In this document: positions 1 through 64,000 of the stretch, in pieces
Numbering within the stretch: the stretch's first letter is position 1
How the letters are laid out: each line of letters begins with the position of its first letter
Assembly (NCBI GenBank): GCA_030141605.1
Contig: JAQGDQ010000065.1
Span: 496,001 to 560,000 of the forward strand
DNA: 64,000 nt
Reading direction: 5' to 3'
Source of the DNA: Tubiluchus corallicola
Lineage: Eukaryota > Animalia > Priapulida
Program-made: the position numbers and the translations under genes
Notes under the pieces: model-generated
Seen by the model: the letters and a program-made list of their open reading frames with translations, nothing else
What the model was told of the DNA's origin: nothing
Databases searched by the model: none

Positions 1-879
1 TTCTGAGGTAACTATGAAAAGCAAGGCACAAAATTGTACTTTTTGTAATAATATACTGTAGTCTACAGTATTTAAAGTTTTTGATAATTCACAGAAGGTA
101 CCAGATAGCAATTGTCTTAACAATTCTTCAGTGATTCTTTAATTGTATCTTTCTAAGTAGAACTTTTTGAACGAAAACCAAACTGTTCTTTAATTAGTGT
201 ATTATGTTTTGTAACATAATTTGTTAATTAGCTATGGATACAGCATTCCAGAGTTTTATGAAGTATTGGAAAAAGTGAAAGTGGCCGATAGTTGCTTGGA
301 TTAGTTGGGTCACATGTTTAAAATAGTGGTGTAACAATCGAATTTAAATATTTCCAAGCAAGTCTTTTTTAGAGGTAATCAGCCACTTGAATATGCGACA
401 TCCATATATGATATTGTTGCAGTTCAACATGAAAAACCTTTGAAACCTACATATATCTTGATGCTAATTTATCCATATATACCCATGTCCTTTACAATTG
501 TGACGACTTCTTTCTCTACAGGTTTTACCCGTACTTCAGTGAGAAGTAACAAACCGTGAGCCTAGGAATAGCCTAATTCCACTTTTGCCCACATAAAAAG
601 TGGAATACCCCAAGGCTCAATCTTTGGACCCTTCTTTTTATACCTTTCACCAATGAGTGCCTTAGCTTGTAAATGATGCACAGGTTGGGGCACATGTCGA
701 ACTTATGCGAATGATATGTCTTTGTTTGTTTCAGGCAAAACAGGCTTGAACGTGAAGCTAAACTCCAAGTTTGCAACAACAGCATAGCCCAATAGGCTTG
801 CGGCAACGACATGGTAATAAATAGTGCAATGGTCAGTGTATCCATTAGAGGTTAGTTTGCCTTACTGATGCTCTAAATG

Positions 880-1640
880 TTACTGTTGAAGGAGACTCGA
901 TTAGCAACAGCAAGCAAGAATAAAATATTGTTGTATAACAGTTACGTTTATCCACATCTTGCGTATTCCTGCAGCATCTGGGGCGAATGTGACCAGGAAA
1001 CATTACTAAGAGCCTTCAGGCTTCAAAAAAAAGAGATCTGCGACTCATACTCAACCAAAACACGGAAATGCCTACGAGTAATTTGCTTGCCATACTCAAA
1101 TGGCTTCCTTTTAGCTGATAGCATTAAAGATCACAAAGGTTTGATGATGTTCAAAATCTTATAATCATGTGCCCAATTATGTGAGAGAATCATTTTAATA
1201 TGTTTTGAACATGAGCAGCAGGGTCACGCGAGCAGCTGAGTGCCACAAAATCTACAAAACCAAAGTTAGAAATTTATAAACACACTTTGGCTTTTTTGAA
1301 ATACTATTGTGGAATGCTTTATCACTAAAAGTGATCGACACCACAAGCGTCAATGCTTTTAAGTCACTGAAATTATATAAACTAATATAAACATGTGTAT
1401 CTTTTTTATTTCTTACTGCAAATGTTTTATTAAAGTGTAGAGATTGTGTCTAGTGTGGTGTAGTAGTGTACATTTCGTTTATCCATCCTGTGATATTTAA
1501 ATTGTTTTTAAATTGTGTAATTTCTAGAACGGATTTTATGACACACTATTTTAGTTTACAATTGTTAGTTAAAGAGCTATCCACGTTGAATAAAGAATTA
1601 GAAATAATAATAATAAGAATAATAATAAGAATAAGAATAA
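880..1640 (+). mobile_element. L2/CR1-group LINE 3' fragment with (AAT)-rich tail
   Basis: LLYNSYVYPHLAYSCSIWG..LQKK (post-RT region), LWNAL-like remnant, AATAAA followed by aataataagaat tail. Confidence 0.75.
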
Positions 1641-1696
1641 ATATAACATGCAATAAATGTGGGTAATATATTACACAGGGCTGCAATCATCTTTAA

Positions 1697-4219
1697 AGGG
1701 GGAATATCACCAAAATTAAGTTGAGCTTGAATAACTCGCAATTATATTGCGAATACAAATACATACCTCATTCTTCACGAAAATTTCATGTTGAAGAATC
1801 CTTGGCAAAAGTTCGAATAAAATTGTACACAAAACGAATATTTGACTAGGCCTCCATTGAGCATTGATCGGCACCTTCGCCTCTGGTGGCGAAAATGGCC
1901 GTATTACAGATGAAACTTGTATCATGACCTCTATTCTCGATAGATTGATCGTATAGTTTATCTAGCCGTATCGAGTGATCATGAATTAATCGTATAGATT
2001 TTATCGATTTATTAGATTACATTATATAGATTCGCTTCCCTTTCGCTATGAGGTGATTGATCGCTTTTCAGTCACCTGACTCCGAGGGCTTTAGTTCAGT
2101 CTATCAGGCAATGATGATGTCCTTCAAGACTATCACTTCGACCTTGCGTTGTGAGTGGAGGCCTATTTCCCTCAAGTTAACAAGCGTTGCTCCCGCAATT
2201 GAGCTTGTGCAATGCGAATCTCTCAAGTTCGTATCTAGGATTTAGTGTTGCTTTACTGTGAATGCTCTTAATCATACAAGAACTCGATGTCTGCATTACT
2301 ACAGTGAACAGACTTTATTAGATTACGATTTCTTTCTCAACTCTGGCTTTTACTTACAAGATTTGATCTTATACGCCGGTGGGCGCTTACAACTAGAGTA
2401 TAGCTCCAGAGAAGATGCTATTCACTTTGAGTAATAACAATTCAATATGCTGCACTGAAGGTGCTTAATACAATTGAATGATACAGTTATACAGATTTAG
2501 ACTCAGATACAAATGAGTTGAAATCACTTAACTTGTGGATTGACCAATGTACCTTTACACTTGGTCATATCCTGATTGCTTATCGAGACCATATCGCACC
2601 AGTGCTCAGTTGTGGTTAAGAACGTAGAATCCGATCCATGCTGGGCTAAACGCTGCTTCTGTCTTGTAGAAGTTCGTCCCGGTCACACGGTGTGGCAGCA
2701 AACCACTTGTCAGACTCCCTCGCTCGTACGGTATGACACTCGAGTCGTGTCGCCCCGTAGTGTGCTTCTCGTGTGTGTGTGACGTCGTGTCACCGTCATG
2801 TGTGTGTGACGCACGTGTCACCCCATCGTGTGTGTCTAGGTAACTTTTCCTAGAGCTTATATCTCTGAGAGCTGACCTTCGATGATATTGCACCATATGG
2901 CAACATCTGGCAACATCTGCGGCATCTGCTACCTCTCGTCAAGCGACTTCTCTTTTACTTCTGATTTTACAATCAGTAATGTGTTCTCTTGAATTCCATC
3001 GTCTTTGAGATCTTCCTACCGTCGTCGGCAAATCTTCAGATTTCTCTCTCTAATGTCGCTGAGCACTGATAGAGACCTTGGCTCCTATCATAAAGTTATT
3101 TCTACGCGACATCTAAATTGCTCTAGAACTTCTCTTAATTAGCTCTAACGCTGCATGTATCGCTTTGAGACAATAGTGTCTTTCTTAAAGAAGACACCTG
3201 CATTTCTATAACACGTGTGACAATTCTAACGCATTAAATCCGGACTACCAGCTGGTAGTCTCTCTTTCAACCGTGTAAATTTATTTCATGAAATCAGGGA
3301 GGCGTGAGTTTATCAACTGAATCTAATTCAGCTGATAACTCCATTAATTATCTTCCAAAATACATATTCATAAATTTATTCACAACACTTGGCAAAATGC
3401 CCAAGGGGAGAACGACTTTACACAACGCTTGTTTGAGTATTTGTTTACATCGACAACGCTTCAGCATACAGTACTTTTACTCAATCTACACGTAGTGACG
3501 GTATCACAGTAAAGATTACCTTATTGTGGATTGAATGCGTGATTTGCTGGGTTTCGATCATCGTGATTGTTCTTATTGAAAAACAGCCGTGGAATGTGAT
3601 ACACTAGGAATCAGCAATTAAACGGGATGCAGCAGTCAGACGGAAAGTGTCGGAATACGAAGCCAAAATATAAAAACTTTTAGTTTCCAATGAGCAACAG
3701 AAAATTATTTAAGCAATGAAAGTACGATCTAAAAACCTGGATTCACTCGTACAAACTGTGTGATAATTTCTCGGCTGCTACCTTTGAAACGTGAGTTTAG
3801 AACATGATGAACTCTAGTATTAAAAATATTGTGCTTACACTTCGGACAGATTTAGTCAGATGCAGTTTTTTGTAGTGTTTTTTTTTAATTTGTTTCATTT
3901 TAAGCCCAAGTGCATAGTTTATCGATGCAGTTTAGTCACCTCGAGATTTGTATCCATTTCAATAAAATATCATAATTACATAACGTAATGCAATTTTTTG
4001 CGCTAAAATTTTGTTTGTGGTGCTTCTTCCAGAATTTTGAATACTAACTAAAGAAAAAACATTGTAAATCGTAAATTGACAACTGAAAATTGTTAATAGT
4101 TAATTGTTAATGACAACTGCTCATTAATTAGACATCGTGCTGCTAAAAAAATCGCTAAATTGTTCTCCGGGAAGGCAGCTATAAAATAAGTTTAACTTGA
4201 TTTTCATGATATTCCCCCT
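1697..4219. mobile_element. Non-autonomous Kolobok-like DNA transposon (TTAA TSD)
   Basis: TTAA at 1693-1696 and 4220-4223 flank ~32-bp imperfect TIRs starting AGGGGGAATATCA (first 13 nt perfect). Confidence 0.75.
1918..3213 (-). mobile_element. Candidate solo LTR nested in the Kolobok-like element
   Basis: Distinct CpG-richer block with TG...CA ends, minus-strand TATA-like (~2857) and AATAAA (~2315) signals, internal short repeats; no TSD found. Confidence 0.35.
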
Positions 4220-5742
4220 TTAAAACCTACAGATGGTGATTTCATAGGTGTTTTTAAGCATCAGACTTGCAGTTTCTGCAACTGAATCCGACATTTAGAT
4301 ACCAAAATTATCATCTTATCTGCTATAGCAGCTAAAATAAGACGTTTACTTGCAGCTAGAAACACCTATCTTGTTGGTCAACTTGAAAATGACAGCCATA
4401 TTGGAGGCATTTAGATTGACCCCATATCCAAAGTTATTTGCAATTTCAGGCGAAACAGTTAATAATAATATTTGAGTGATTTGTGTGGTGGGTCATTTTT
4501 AGACTGGATTCCTTACGCCCAACTACTCTACAGTAGATGTCATAATCGATAATTAATGTTAATTTTCAGGTAAGACTGGCTACGTTGCCCACTTTACAAC
4601 AAAAACGCCCTTACAACTTTATAGAAAGAGAGATTCAGGATGTTCTTCTAGTCTAAAAGTATTGGAGAATTCCCTTAGTTGTTTTAAAAATGTGTAAGCC
4701 TGAGTTGTCAGATACCTATCAGATATTCAGTCTGTTATGAGCATTTATTACTGACCATGGTTTCCACTTACAAAAAAATTATGTTCACTTATCTCTGTAA
4801 ATAAAAAGCATTGTGGGATGATCTTACTGAGATCAAATCCTCGAATTATTGCCCAGCCGTTTTTCATTTGACTACTTATATGCGGAGTTCTTCACGAGAA
4901 AAAGTATCTCGGGAGGCATTTCAAGAAAGACACTAACTGACACTCTTCTGTGCATTTGCTTTATGATTATACAAATTATACAAAATATTACCAAATTAAG
5001 GGTGTTCTACTTGTTTGGACATCATTCGTATTTTCATTTTCTTACTGTAGCTTAGAGAGGTCAAGGTCGTGAACTGTTCGATCATCAACTTAGTCGAGTG
5101 CATGAAAAAAATGAATTTAACCCAAAGCCTTAGGGACAATTGAATGACACTCAAAAGTGACCGATGTCCGGTGTCCTTAACACTTTGGCAGATGTCACGG
5201 TTTGCCATGACACTTTCAGACCCCAGCCTTGTGTGTTTACGAGTTAACATAGTTAAAGTGGATGCCATTTGTCACATTTGGCCCTTAAATAATCCCGGTC
5301 TTAAGGTTATGACCACCTATCTCAGCTGTCTTTTCTGTAAGTTTCATGACTCTAGTCACTACAGTTTATGAGTTATTCAGTGCTATGCAATTTGGATCCT
5401 AACACTGGCGATTAACGGTATACATCTAAAAATATTACGAAAAAATAATAATATCCTGTACCCTTCACTCTTTGACCAAAGTCACCGTTCACCACACCAC
5501 TTTCAACGTCCTTACCTCGAGTATTTACCACAAATAAGTTTCGTAACTCTAGCCTCTGTGATTGCAAGTTAACGTGTATAAAAAGTGAAAAACTTGATGC
5601 CTGACACAATGAAATGAAAAAAAATCACTTATTTCTCCTATGGCGTACGGGTTCTCCTAGATCCGCAACAAAAATTAAGCAAGTGCATCTTGTGTAAAAC
5701 GGACTTATTACACTTAGACTATAATGTTAATTACATTAATAC

Positions 5743-56030
<50,288 letters not shown>

Positions 56031-56959
56031 TTTTCAGCAGCGTACTGAAAGAAAAACATGTAAACAATTAACGTACATGTATCCCATAATTCGTCTTGGG
56101 TATATATTACTTTAAACATGTCAGTACCTGTTTTAAAATGTAGAAAGAAAGTAAGATGAACAGTGATATGAAGTAATAAGATATCAAGAAAAATTCAATC
56201 AGTAACAACTTTTTTACTAGTGATGTAGGACGTATTTGCAACGTTGTTCTTGAAGTAGGTGAGGCCCGTAGATAATAGGGAAGCGTTGTCTGGTAAAGAA
56301 TTCCAAACACCTGCATGAGTCCTGGGGAAAAAACTGCATTTATAAGCAATTGTTTTGAATCTACGTAGAAAGGACTAGAGCAGAAATACCAGCAGCACTC
56401 GCATACATCTTATTTCTAGAGAACAGGAACATGCCGGGGGCGGTGACGAGTGGGTGTAGTTGGTGTATTTAGAATTTACGGGAAAGCCATGGCTTCCCGC
56501 TACGGGCATTTCCTCGGAAAGTTGAAAGCTGCACAAATAGTCTCTAGAAAAACTCGATTTGTGCAATCGTTTGGGCATGTTAGGAAAAAATAAGCCCAGT
56601 CGCAGAAACAGGATGAAACGGTCTACAAGGTGCTGGAGATTTCTCTAGGAGAGATGTATACTGGACGAAACGGGAAGGGTGTATTTCAAAGTTCTTGTTC
56701 AAGCACCCTGTGCTACACTTGCGCACGCTATTTGGAACATCCATTGTCTGTGAATTTGAAAAATTTTGCGACTGTTCCAGCCATTCTAATATGTTATTGG
56801 TTTTACATGTATGTTATATCTCTTAGCCCATTATCATTCGGGAAGAAATAAACAAAAACTATGTAGAATGTCCGCGCAATATTGCTCATTGGTAGACAGA
56901 CTAAGAGCATTTATTATTGCACACAGTTTTGACTTTGTGCAAAATGTTTTGAATGGTTT

Positions 56960-57335
56960 CGTTGTGATGCTGTGCTGTTGGTGTTGCTACTGTAGTTATT
57001 GTTGTCGTTGTTGTTATCATCATCATCATCACCAACATCATGATCACCATGTGATGTGGTGGGTGTGGTAAGAGTGCTGTGGATAGTGTGTCTTTGGGTA
57101 TTGTGCTCAGGATGGTGTGGTGAGGTGGTAGTCTGTGTGTGGTGTCATGTAAAGTGGTGTGGTATAGGTGGTGTTGGTGTAATGCGGTGTGTGTGGTGTG
57201 GGTGGCGTGCTATGGCGTACGTGGTGTGATGTGCGAAGTGTGTTGTGAGTGGTGTGCTATGGTGTGTGTGGTGTGGTGTTGTGTTACAGTATGGTGTGGG
57301 AGGTGTGGTGTGCTCTCCCTCTCGCCCTCGCCCCC

Positions 57336-57380
<45 letters not shown>
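56960..57380. repeat. Low-complexity (GTG/TG)-rich tract plus C-run and (CT)n
   Basis: Direct inspection; flank resembles the reverse complement of the CAC-rich tract at ~19725-19870. Confidence 0.85.
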
Positions 57381-57384
<4 letters not shown>

Positions 57385-57385
<1 letters not shown>

Positions 57386-57950
57386 AATTATGTAGTTCGA
57401 TTTTTTAAAATATTATTAAAATACCCACTGAGAAAGGCAAATACCTTGGCCACATCATTTCTCAAGATAATAGAGATGATTTAGATATTATACGACGAAG
57501 GTCTTTGTTCTATTGCAGAGTGAACAAATTTATTAGAAAATTTGCTTATTGTACAAATGATGTAAAGAAACAATTATTTAGTTCCTTCTGTAACAGCTTG
57601 TATTGTATGTCCACATGGAGAAATTTTTATGATTATAATCTACAAAAGTTAAAAGTAGCGTATAATAAATATATCGATGAGGAAGTTCTTTAATTATGAC
57701 TATGATTTTAGTGCTAGGTCAATGTGTATAGGTTGTTAACCCGTTTGAATAGCAGTTCTAATGTAATTTGCATGACGATGTTTGAAAGTGATGCCCGTTT
57801 CACTTCTCAGATCAGAAAATATTGGCGAAATTTATTATATAGGCAACAAAGTACATTATGTGTTCTTGGTTAACTGAAACTTTATACTAATATAAGTTAT
57901 TTAATTATTTATTTATGTATTTAATTATGTATATAATTCTGTGTAATGGT
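57385..57950 (+). mobile_element. RTEX-like LINE 3' remnant
   Basis: KYLGHII..D.DI.R; KQLFSSFCNSLYCMSTW..KLKVAYN. Confidence 0.7.
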
Positions 57951-58378
57951 CTGTATTTGTTTCTCTCTATACGATGCTATATCTCTCAAACAGTGCTCTC
58001 GTAATAATCATAATTTTAACAAGAATTTTTGACGCTACTATATAAAAAGTTATATCAGTGTATGTGTGAATATATCCTGCATTATTCTGTGAATCCGGAT
58101 GTTGTGTTTTTGTGAGAGGACTAGCCGAGTTTCGTGGAAAAAGGTAAATTTCGTCCAAAAAAATCATTGCCTGTATAAAGTGAACAGGGGCGACCAGTTT
58201 TAAGAAGGTCATTGGCCTGTTACGGCATAGGTGGCGCTACGGTGGCAAATGGCGCCGGTTTATGAAATTTAAGTTGGGAAATATTTTCGATTATATTACC
58301 GAATAATTTGTAATATATAACGTTTTTAAACCGTTTTTTTGCTTGTAATCATTGATCGAGTGACCCAAATAGGCTATA

Positions 58379-60980
58379 ATGCCTAAAGCAAAAAAGAAAT
58401 CTAAGAAAATAGCATCAGTGGAAAGCTTTCTAGTGGGTGCCACCACGCCCAAGTCTAAGTTGACGCCAACAAAAACAGATGTGAGTTCTGATGATGACAC
58501 AGATTCTGAACATGATGATGGCAATATCGGATCTTCTTTCCATGAAGATCAGGATAGTAACAACATAATGGACGAATTGGTGAAGCTGAGACGAGATTTT
58601 ACCAAGCAGTTGAAAACCATCTCGACTGACCTGAGTTTCATCACGGAAAGTCAAAATTTTCTATCGAAGAAGTACGATGAGCTAAATGACAAATATGCAG
58701 ATATTGTCAAGCAGCTAAAAAAGAGTGAACAGACAAATGTTGTTCTGAGAAAGGCTGTAAATGACCTCGAATCAAAACTAGTGGAAAAAGAATCTGAGAT
58801 TGATGCTCAAGAACAGTATATGAGAAGAGAGAATTGGTTATCCAAGTTGCAGGAAAAATGAACATTAATCTTGATGGAAATGATATCAGCATTACACATA
58901 GGATCCCAACCCAAAAAGGAACTCCCCATATTATTGTCAAGTTCACGAGACGTATCACAAGAGACTTGGTGTACAAGGGGAGAACAAATATTCCCACACT
59001 AAAGGATCTAGGATATCTATGATAAACGGCAAAGTTTATGTCAATGAACACTTAACAAAGAACAGGAAAATATTATTCAACAAATGCCTAGAAGCGAAAC
59101 GAAATAATAATTTCTCAAGTTCTTATGGACAAACCAAGGGCAAATTTACATAAGAAAAACGGAAAATACTAAAGCTATGAGAGTGAATTCTGAAAGAGAT
59201 ATATTGATGTGTAATCAGTGATAAGCTAACCAAGAAAATTTCTGTAATATCATATAGGTACGTGTTTTTATAAACCTATTGTATTTTTGTACTTTAGCTT
59301 TGACTATCGTATTTTTTATTTATCTCCTTAATTACTTAACTTCATATTCCAATATTGCTATTAATGATCCGTTTTCCTTGTTCTGTCTGCACTAAACAAT
59401 GTAAAGCAAACCAGTATTCTATACTCTGTAATTGCTGCAATATTTGGTCTCATTATTATGATGATGACGAAATTGATGATTTGTTTTCTGTGACTTCTCC
59501 TTTAACTAATTCTCTGTCACTGTCTTGTCTGTCTCAGTGCTCTTCACTATCAACTAACAGGTGGGATCCAAATGACCCAGATAATTATGGGAACAACTAC
59601 GATAGTAAGTATGTCAATCTAAATACTCTCAAATCAACTTCTAATTATAACAAAAATACTTTAGATTTACTAACAGTTCACTTTAATGTAAGTAGCTTGC
59701 AAAAACATTTTGGTAACATGACTGACGTCCTCAGTACTTTCCCTCAACGGCCGAAATCATCGCCGTCTCCGAGACTAGGTTGAAAGATAATTTATGTGCA
59801 ACTTGAACAACTACGTTTTTCTGAGTATTAATTCTAAATCCAATGCTGGTGGCATCGGTGTCTATAATAGAGATAATTTAAACTACTCTATAAATAATTC
59901 ATATAAAATAGTGACTGAAAAAGAAATAACCAAAGTAAACAGGTAGGGCAAAGTATTAACTGAAATCTCAAAAATTAATTTAGAAGATCTCTGGATCCGC
60001 GTATCAACATTAAACAATTCAAAGAGTATATTATTTGGCCTTATATATAGACATCCAAATACACCTGTTACACATTTTGTAGAGGAAATGGACCGTGTTT
60101 TAACTGCTATTCAACAATCTGGTAGTATAGCTTACATATGTGGTGATGTTAATTTAAATTTATTACAGTTCGAGAGCATACCATATATTTCTAATTACTT
60201 AAATGTATTATTTTCTACTCAATTTGTTCCTCTAATTACAAGACCAACAAGAATATCAAAAAATTCTAGTACTCTAATAAACCATATCTATACTAATGAT
60301 CTGATTAATTCTATTGTATCGGGTATAATAACTTACGAAGTGGCTGACCAATATCTTTACTTTCACGTATTTCCAAATTTTTTGAAAAATTGCTTTATGA
60401 CAGACTAATTAAATTTGTAAACGACAACAAAATTCTCTTTAGATTTCAGTTTGGGTTTCGCAAAAGATGCTGCACAGCCTTAGCTATTGCTGAATTTATA
60501 GACAATCTGTTACTAAATATGGATCATAATAAGTACCCCTGTGCCATATTTTTAGATTTTGTCTAAGGCCTTTGATACTGTACAACATGATATTTTATTA
60601 GCCAAATTTGAACACTATGGTATCAAAGGCCTGCCTCTTCAATTGCTGCAGTCATATTTACACAATAGGAAACAATATATATCTATCATGAATAAAAACT
60701 CAGAACTGGTAAATGTGCAGTGTGGTGTTCCTCAAGGCTCAACTCTTGGTCCCCTTCTTTTCTTACTCTACATAAATGATTTCCCTTTAAATACCCAATT
60801 ACATACTAGACTTTTGCTGATGATATTAACTTTTTCAGTTCTGATACTAACATAAATCACCTAGAAGAATTTCTTAATGTTGAACTAGCTAAAGTAGATC
60901 TATGGATGAGAGCCAACCGGCTTTCTATAAACTATTCCAAAACAAAATATATGATAATTGTTAATCCCAGAAAAGTAAAA
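58379..60980 (+). mobile_element. Decayed L2/Crack-like LINE with ORF1, PHD-like finger, APE and partial RT
   Basis: ORF1 coiled coil + EQYMRREN, ISITHRIP..IIVKF; CSVC..CNCCNIWSH; CGDVNLNLL, ITRPTR; SKAFD, GVPQGSTLGP, FADD; internal deletion near 60370. Confidence 0.88.
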
Positions 60981-61509
60981 AAATTACAAATATTAGCAAA
61001 AACAATACAAAAGATGTCTTATTTTCAAGGAACACCAAAAATTATGTTTGATAATATGCAGTTACTGTGTCAATAACGTTCTTAAGAAATTAATGTTTGC
61101 TTCAAATTGCTTTAGTTTTACTGGTTGTACCAAATGCGATACTTACAAGATTTCTACGTATTTACTTATAGATGTCAATTTCGGCAGGATCGTTGCTTCA
61201 CATCAATACAAGAAAAACAACTAGGATTAAATTGTTTTACATAATCGATTTATGAAATGTCATGAAATATATCTCAATTATTTCCCATAAGATTGTAGAG
61301 ACAGTCGCTAAAATATACTAAGAGAATCTCACTGTTTTGGTTTTAATTTGCGCGATATCTGTGATAAGTACACTTTGTGAAAAGGATAGTATAATACTAG
61401 CAAAGCAAATTCTTAAAACTTACATGAACTTACATGGCTCCACTTTTGGCATGCATTTGCAAAAGCAAATGGTCCCACAAATGGGCTACTATCACCTAAA
61501 AAACTTTGC

Positions 61510-61760
61510 CGTAGGAATGAGTACCTGGCATTTTTGACACAATGAGACATGTATCTTTTCAAAATGCATTGGAAGAATTTGTACACCCCCCCCTCCCCAA
61601 TGGTGCCAATGACCAAGTATTGGGAATGGCTTACGGACTGTCGCCCACAAAGCTGTGTCGTAGGAAAATGTACCAGGCATTTTTGACCCCAAGAGACACG
61701 TACCTTTTCAAAATGCATTGGAAGAATTTGCCATACCAACCCCCACCCCACCCCCACCCC
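61510..61760. repeat. Tandem duplication, ~149-bp period
   Basis: gtagga..tacc.ggcattttt(t)gac..gagaca.gta.cttttcaaaatgcattggaagaatttg occurs at ~61511 and ~61660. Confidence 0.8.
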
Positions 61761-61912
61761 CGAGAATAGTATCAGTGAATTTTCATTATTTTTAGGAGCT
61801 TCGTTCCAGAAAAAATTTTTACACAACAATATTAACTAACATTTAGCTATGATATACAACTTTCACCTAAAGTTTCATTCAACTGACAGTTTACATAGGT
61901 ACTATTATTAAC

Positions 61913-62128
61913 GGCGTGTTCAGACTAGAGTTTGAACGTCTCTCTGAAAGAAAACTTGCAAGTGTGAACGGCTTTGCAAGTTCTCTCGGTAAAGTTATTG
62001 CAAACTCTCCGAGAGTTGTTGAGAGTTCTCCCGCTAGTTTCTTGCAGACAAGCTCTATTCATAGCGAGAACTCTTAGAGACTATCAGAAAGAACTTTCGA
62101 GATAAAATTCTCTAGTCTGAACAGTGCC
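61913..62128. mobile_element. Palindromic MITE (PIF/Harbinger-like termini)
   Basis: TIRs ggcgtgttcagactagag / ctctagtctgaacagtgcc; no clear TSD. Confidence 0.65.
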
Positions 62129-64000
62129 AGTGCGCCGTAAGCGTTCCATGCCTGAATGCTTAGTCGTTACACTAAAATGAGTTACTTACCGCTTTGGCAT
62201 TAACGTGTAAAAACGTGTTCGAAAGTGTGTTCGCTCGAAGCATTAATTCAACAACAGGTGTACTTGGAAATTTGAAGTATAATTAGCAGCAACTTCAACG
62301 TGGTAGCTATGCAGTGTATATTATTTGCTGTACTTACTTAGTCTAACAAATTTTGTACTGTAACAGACGAATAAACTTTCATTAGCTCATTGGCACTGAA
62401 TAGTTCCGCCTACGTACGTCTGTGTCAACACAACTAGAGCTTATGTTTGCACTGTGATAAGAATCAACTCACTACCTGTCTTAGCCTTATTTACAAAATC
62501 TGTATTTATAATTAAAGACTCGGCGTCTTAACTCTCTAGAAAGATTCAATCAACCTTATTCAAGATTAGTTATCTAATACTAACAAATGGTTAAATTATA
62601 CAATTTATACTCAGATTGGGGTAAACTCACGGATACAGCCCCTCAATGCGTAATTTTTTGGTCGCTTGTATTTATTATATTCGTAAATAACATTCAAACA
62701 ATAAACAATTATCACGTCATTAAAGATCCGCATGATGCTAAACATCGGTAACCACTCATTTCGCCCCATGGCATTTCAGCAGTGACACATTTCGCTAAGA
62801 AATCAAATACGAAGAAGTAGACAAAAGGTCTTTTCTTAACAGTAAATAAAAGCCAAGAGTATCTGGCTCCTATTGTAATTGTTTCGATGGCGCTTAGTAC
62901 AAAAACACGGTAGAGTAACTTTAGCCCCTACTCGGAACGTTGGAGTCAGAAAACTATGGAACTACCAAGCGCAATGATATTTTTATTCCGGTGTTGTCGC
63001 TCCTGCACCGGAATAAGCCTACCCCGGTTTTCCTGAAGAAGCATAGCTTACAAGGCAGCAGATGGATTTACGTTCAGAATTACCGTCTCCTACCTAAGGA
63101 AGCAAAACCTGGCAAGGCGACAAGTGGTTTACTTACAGCTGGGGCGTGATTGCTGAGTGGCAGCATATCCACACGCTGATGGGTTACGCAAATTGCACGC
63201 GCTAGGCAGTATGCTTGATTTGACTACTGCAACTTCTGTGTTGTGTTCACTAGCTCTTGAATTGAGGCTTGATCGCGATGGAAAATCTGGGAACCGATCT
63301 CTTAAGGGTCATAGCATTTGTTAGCTTGTTGGATCAAAGCAACTGAAGTAACTCCGGGAATGAATGCCTTGTTGAAATAATATTGCAACGAAGAGCGGAT
63401 CAGGTGCTGATACACCGGCTGTCCCATAGTTGAGAAGAAAACGTAAAAAACAGTAGTAAGAGTAAAATTAATGAATTAAGTAACACGACTAATGTCTACC
63501 CCCATGGTGCTTCATGCTGGTTGTCATTACGGAGCATGTGCTGAGAAGGAAGGCGCACCTCAGCCCGCTGAACCGACGAGGCCATTCCATGCCAGCTGTT
63601 TATAGCCGCTATGCAATGACTTCGTAATGAATCGAACCATCACAATGTAGAGGGGGTCGAAAATAAATGGCATTTTTATGAGCGACATTTTTGAGACGTG
63701 ACTCATCGCTATTTGATGAAAATTATCACAAAAACGAAAACCGTCGCAGCTAAGCATTGCTTGATTTCTTAAAACTTCCCATAAATATGTTGCAGAGGCA
63801 GCATTTCAGTGCTAATATATATCAATTATCTGCTCTAGTTATCAAGTATTTAAAAAAGTGGACGTGGCCTGGTGTTCATGTAGGTTTTTGACATTACCTG
63901 GAAAAGTGAAGTAACAGGTAGACACTGAAGTAGAAACTGTGGCATTGGAATAGTGAACTGTGATCTTGGATCAAAGCTGAAGAACAATGGGCATTAATCA

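Noticed and set aside
1-5700. Search for SLC5 exon 13 (GAFWGL-like)
   Set aside because: No matching AG/GT-bounded frame found; assumed to lie beyond the left edge.
56811-57484. Cys/His/Trp-rich ORFs resembling metallothionein
   Set aside because: Artefacts of GTG/TGT low-complexity DNA.
62940-63757. Short ORFs 62940..63149 and 63560..63757 as genes
   Set aside because: No recognisable motifs, and neighbouring frames are interrupted by stops.

Overview
AT-rich eukaryotic DNA, most likely from a marine invertebrate, dominated by one minus-strand gene: an SLC5/SGLT-family Na+/sugar cotransporter. I traced coding exons 1-12 by hand (56030 down to 5743). All have GT-AG junctions and join in frame, and their sizes essentially match human SLC5A1. 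The last exons were not found and probably lie left of the window. The introns are packed with transposable elements: many CR1/L2-group and RTE LINE remnants, a HERO/NeSL-like RLE element, Kolobok-, hAT- and Harbinger-like MITEs, Helitron-like repeats and an 86-bp minisatellite. Highlights: (1) a near-full-length LINE in intron 2 whose ORF1 carries an SGNH esterase and whose ORF2 starts with a ~239-aa signal-peptide/multi-transmembrane leader joined to the APE endonuclease by a 2A-like motif (LLLILGGIETNPG|P); a second decayed LINE nearby shows a similar hydrophobic leader plus a DIHxNP motif; (2) an env/fusion-glycoprotein-like fragment bracketed by an 85-bp direct repeat inside an LTR-like sequence; (3) a Penelope-type minimal hammerhead ribozyme. 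Family assignments come from motif recognition only, and no database search was run. TE boundaries are approximate unless TSDs are quoted.
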